Assembly: GCA_038222225.1 (NCBI GenBank)
Contig: JBBRHV010000005.1
Coordinates: 1,824 to 65,823 of the forward strand
Source: Candidatus Omnitrophota bacterium
Lineage (GTDB): Bacteria > Omnitrophota > Gorgyraeia > Zapsychrales > JANLHA01
Reading direction: 5' to 3'
DNA: 64,000 nt
Shown: positions 60,882 to 64,000 of the stretch, in pieces
Numbering within the stretch: position 1 is the first letter of the stretch
Layout: each line of letters opens with the position of its first letter
Translations under genes and position numbers: made by a program
Notes under the pieces: generated by a model
What the model was told of the DNA's origin: nothing
The model's input: the letters and a program-made list of their open reading frames with translations, nothing else
Database searches by the model: none

Positions 60882-61607
60882 ATGAGAGTTGGACGTATTC
60901 GTGTTATTGTTTTGATGGGGCTCTTTCTTGCAGTCTCCGGATCCAGCGCCTTGGCGGATTGGCGCAGTTATGTGTGGACCTATGAATATATGACCATGGC
61001 GAAAGGGGCAAAGGAAATCGAATATTATTTTACAACCGAAGTCCCGAAGGCTACGGCGTTCAATGTCAATACCATAAAGCATTGGCTTGAGCTGGAGTAT
61101 GGGATCACGGATCGATGGGATATCGCCGGGTACCTGCAGTACAAGCAGACCAACACAAAGACCAAAGATGATTTTAATTATGACGGGTTCAAGATCCGTA
61201 CACGGTATCGCTTTGGCGAAAAGGAGAAATATCTTTTAGATCCTCTTGTTTATTTTGAATTTAAGAAAGATGACAAAGGTGATACTCCGGATAAACTGGA
61301 AACGAAAGTTATTTTGGCCAAAGACATCAGGGATTTCAATTTTTCCTATAATCAGGTTCTTGAAACGCCGATCGAAAGTCACGGAAAGTCTGAGCATGGA
61401 TATGCGGCAGGGATCAGCCATTCTTTGACGAATCGGTTTAAGTTTGGGGTTGAATCTAAAGGGAACTATACGGATGATGTCTATTATTTGGGTCCGACCG
61501 TGTCGATGGCTCAGAAAAGATTTTGGGCAGGCGCGGGTGTGGTTTGGGGTCTTAATGATCGAAGCGATGATATTCAGACGCGCGTCATTGTAGGATTTCC
61601 TTTTTAA
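60882..61607 (+). CDS. Predicted outer-membrane beta-barrel protein (unknown family)
   Basis: Signal peptide (LMGLFLAVSGSSALA), alternating amphipathic beta strands, and a C-terminal Phe. Confidence 0.5.
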   Translation: MRVGRIRVIVLMGLFLAVSGSSALADWRSYVWTYEYMTMAKGAKEIEYYFTTEVPKATAFNVNTIKHWLELEYGITDRWDIAGYLQYKQTNTKTKDDFNYDGFKIRTRYRFGEKEKYLLDPLVYFEFKKDDKGDTPDKLETKVILAKDIRDFNFSYNQVLETPIESHGKSEHGYAAGISHSLTNRFKFGVESKGNYTDDVYYLGPTVSMAQKRFWAGAGVVWGLNDRSDDIQTRVIVGFPF

Positions 61608-61713
61608 GGAGAATTTTAAAAATGAAAAGCAAAAAGGATGTGGTCAAAAAAAATTGACATAGGGTAGGGGGGTATGGTATATTTAAAGTGCGAACAAGAA
61701 GGAGAACGCAGTT

Positions 61714-61998
61714 ATGTCAGCTAACCCTACGCATAGCGACCAAATAGTGGCCCTTAAAAGGATCGAAGGTCAGGTTAAAGGTCTGCAGAAAATGATCGAA
61801 GAAAATCGGTATTGCGTGGACATTCTAACGCAAACCGCTTCGGTGGTGGGGGCCTTGTTAAGGGTTCAGGACAAGGTTTTAGAAAAACATCTGCAAATGT
61901 GTGTTAAAAATACTTTAGAGGGAACCTCTGAAGCGGAGAAACAGAAGAAAATTAATGAGATGCTTGAGCTGATGAAAAAGTTCAGAAGGAATGTGTGA
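61714..61998 (+). CDS. csoR: CsoR/RcnR-family (DUF156) metal-sensing transcriptional repressor, Cu(I)-type C-H-C ligand set
   Basis: RIEGQVKGLQKMIEENRYCVDILTQ signature. Cys in RYC plus H-x3-C in KHLQMC match the CsoR Cys36/His61/Cys65 pattern. Confidence 0.75.
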   Translation: MSANPTHSDQIVALKRIEGQVKGLQKMIEENRYCVDILTQTASVVGALLRVQDKVLEKHLQMCVKNTLEGTSEAEKQKKINEMLELMKKFRRNV

Positions 61999-62425
61999 AA
62001 TGAATACGCGTTTAAGACAGGGTGTGAGCATCGGCCTGATTGTTTTTTTTGTAGCGTCTTCTATTCTTTGCTGCTGCTTTTCAAAGAGCTCGCAGGCTTT
62101 TGAGCAAAGTGCTAATTCAAGCTTTTCGATTTTTCAGAACAATCAAGAAAGCCATTCGTGCTGTCAGCAAAGGGCCCAACAGAACACGTCTTCCCATCAC
62201 AAACAATGTCAATGCGGAAAGATCGTAGGATTAGTTGTTGAACAAAAGGGAGAGGCCCTAAATGAACATAAGAGTTCGTTCACAACAGATCACGATGTGT
62301 GGGCGATCATGGCCCTTTCCAATTGGACGACCCCCGATGAAACATTCAAAAATACCGGTCAGGATTTAAAAACCACCAAAAGACACAGTCCTTTTTATAT
62401 TCAAACTCATCAGTTAAGAATTTAA
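61991..62425 (+). CDS. Cys/His-rich small membrane-anchored protein (putative metal-binding)
   Basis: N-terminal hydrophobic segment followed by CCC, CC, HH and CQC motifs. I recognise no family. Confidence 0.4.
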   Translation: MCEMNTRLRQGVSIGLIVFFVASSILCCCFSKSSQAFEQSANSSFSIFQNNQESHSCCQQRAQQNTSSHHKQCQCGKIVGLVVEQKGEALNEHKSSFTTDHDVWAIMALSNWTTPDETFKNTGQDLKTTKRHSPFYIQTHQLRI

Positions 62426-62578
62426 TATTTATTTGCAGATATTGCGCTTGGATATTCTCTGCTTCAATGGATATCCACGAATTCGCTTTTTGTTCTATGT
62501 AAGAGTAGAATGAACGAAGCTCAAAGAACAATCATCGGCACGAAAAAGAAGGCATTATTTTTGAAGGAGGGAATAGAG

Positions 62579-63922
62579 ATGTTGTTTAAAAAAGAAAAAG
62601 TCAGCCTGGTTGTGCTTATCGCGGTGATGATGTGCAGCAGTTTAAGTTATGGCGCCAGCGGCGGCATGAGCAGAAAAAAACAATTGCGCCAGCAGGAACG
62701 TTTTTTTACCAAAGACGATCATTCCTCAGAGATGCCGATCACAGAGCAATCAACGGTTGATGATTATATTGCGTTAGGATTGCACAATAATCCGGATCTT
62801 CGCAGCCGGTTTTATCAGTGGAAAGCCGTCTATGAACAGATTGCCCAGGAGTTCTCCTTATCTGATCCGCAGTTTTCTTATACAAAATATAGCAGCGAAT
62901 CGGATAAGGAAGAAGCGTTTGCGGTCGGCCAGATGATTCCTTGGCCGGGCAAGCTCTTGGACCGTAAATCCAAAGCAGAGGCCGCCAGTGATGCGTCCTA
63001 TTATAATTTTCAGGCCAAGAGATTAGAGATCGTTCGTCAGATCAGCGAGGCGTATTATGAATACACATATCTGTCGAAAGCGATTTTGATCACGCAGGAA
63101 AACATGAAATTGCTTAAAAATTTTGAAAGCGTTGCTCAAACGAAATATAAATCCGGTTCAACCAAGAATGGGGATTTGCTGAAGATACAAGTCGAGCTAG
63201 GGAAGTTGCAGAATGAGCTGACAAGCATGGAAGACATGCAGCTGCCTTTAATGGCAAGGCTGAATGCTTTTTTGAGCCGTCCTGCCAACGCACAGTTGCC
63301 TTGGCCGAAGGACTCTTTGGAAAACGCGGCGCTGGAGGCGAGCTATGCGGACGTTGAGGCGCTGATTCAGCAGGCTCAAGACACGAATCCTGAATTGGCA
63401 GCGGCTGAAAAAAACATTGAAGCTGGACGAACGCAGCTGAAATTGTCCCGGCAGGGATACATTCCTGATCTTATGGTGACTTTGACGGATGAGAAGATGC
63501 GCCCTTCCGGCATGGGAGGAGAGGACGATTCATGGATGGTGATGGCTTCCGTTAATGTTCCTTTCTGGTTCGGACGCGTTAACTCAGAGATCCGGCAAGC
63601 GAAGGCTGACGTAAAGGCTTTTGAGAATGAAAAGGAAAACAAGACCAATGATTTGGGTTTCGAAATCTCGATGGTGCATTATAAACTGCGTGATTCTTTG
63701 CGTCAATCGCAGCTGTATCAGGGGGCGTTGATTCCCAAGGCGGTTCAAACATTGAACGCGACCCAGTCCGGTTATGAATCCGGGGATATGGAGTTTTTAT
63801 CTTTGATCGATGCGCAGCGCATGCTTTTGGAATTTCAATTGGCGTATTACCGGCACAATGCGGATTTTTATCAGCGTTTGGCAGAATTGAAAAGTTTGAT
63901 CGGAACAGGCACAGAAAAATAA
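62579..63922 (+). CDS. TolC/CzcC-family outer membrane efflux factor
   Basis: Signal peptide (MLFKKEKVSLVVLIAVMMCSSLSYG) followed by the two-repeat OEP architecture. The track ORF starts upstream at 62510 in the same frame. Confidence 0.8.
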   Translation: MLFKKEKVSLVVLIAVMMCSSLSYGASGGMSRKKQLRQQERFFTKDDHSSEMPITEQSTVDDYIALGLHNNPDLRSRFYQWKAVYEQIAQEFSLSDPQFSYTKYSSESDKEEAFAVGQMIPWPGKLLDRKSKAEAASDASYYNFQAKRLEIVRQISEAYYEYTYLSKAILITQENMKLLKNFESVAQTKYKSGSTKNGDLLKIQVELGKLQNELTSMEDMQLPLMARLNAFLSRPANAQLPWPKDSLENAALEASYADVEALIQQAQDTNPELAAAEKNIEAGRTQLKLSRQGYIPDLMVTLTDEKMRPSGMGGEDDSWMVMASVNVPFWFGRVNSEIRQAKADVKAFENEKENKTNDLGFEISMVHYKLRDSLRQSQLYQGALIPKAVQTLNATQSGYESGDMEFLSLIDAQRMLLEFQLAYYRHNADFYQRLAELKSLIGTGTEK

Positions 63923-63947
63923 ATTTTTTAAAAACGGAGGGGTTGAG

Positions 63948-64000
63948 ATGAACACAGAGCGTATGAAAATTTTCAAAGATCGCGCGTCTCAGTTTTGGCA
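63948..64000 (+). CDS. Start of a downstream gene (truncated by window end; possibly the efflux periplasmic adaptor)
   Basis: ATG with RBS acggagggg. Only 17 codons are visible (MNTERMKIFKDRASQFW). Confidence 0.3.
   Translation, partial: MNTERMKIFKDRASQFW

Overview
This window is a 64-kb origin-proximal stretch of a diderm bacterial chromosome with about 45% GC. I cannot assign the taxon from sequence alone. Gene orientation flips at roughly 6.7-7.1 kb. Left of that point gyrA (partial), gyrB, a DUF721/DciA-like gene, dnaN and dnaA lie on the minus strand. From there to the window end every supported gene is on the plus strand. The dnaA-rpmH intergenic region carries DnaA-box-like 9-mers, so I treat it as the likely oriC. 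recF and rnpA are missing from their usual positions. Block 1 on the plus strand is housekeeping: rpmH, yidD, yidC, a Jag N-terminal-domain protein, two parS sites, parA and parB, yicC, gmk, rpoZ and coaC. A tRNA cluster (Cys, Leu, a 5' fragment of tRNA-Val, Val) leads into thrS, infC (AUU start), rpmI and rplT. trkA and trkH then sit between rplT and pheS, which is an unusual placement, followed by pheT. Downstream come rarA, 5-formyl-THF cyclo-ligase, rny, ymdB, a PilZ protein, gltX, tRNA-Gln(CUG), glnS and a CPA-type antiporter with a CBS pair. Block 2 is a Rex-controlled NAD-linked bidirectional [NiFe] hydrogenase locus: rex, hypA, hypB, hoxF, hoxU, hoxY, hoxH, hoxW, an orphan CheY-like receiver, then hypF, hypC, hypD and hypE. 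Near-identical Rex-operator-like sites lie upstream of both rex and hoxF. Block 3 is a long co-directional supra-operon joining APS-type sulfate assimilation (Rrf2 regulator, cysH, cysD, cysN with a degenerate APS-kinase domain, ferredoxin-type sulfite reductase) with siroheme biosynthesis (sirC-like, hemA, hemC, cobA/hemD fusion, hemB, hemL). It also contains an unusual TPR-GltD-like-ferredoxin fusion protein. Block 4 is a putative copper-efflux module: a beta-barrel OMP, a CsoR-family repressor, a Cys/His-rich small protein, a TolC-like outer-membrane factor and the start of a further gene. I found no transposase, integrase, CRISPR array or recognisable defence system. The most unusual non-coding signal is an iteron-like array of a GTGTCTT(G/A)G motif. 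It includes a perfect 24-bp inverted repeat upstream of ymdB, and further copies lie between hypD and hypE. Hand-derived coordinates (tRNAs, sites, small ORFs) may be off by 1-2 nt.
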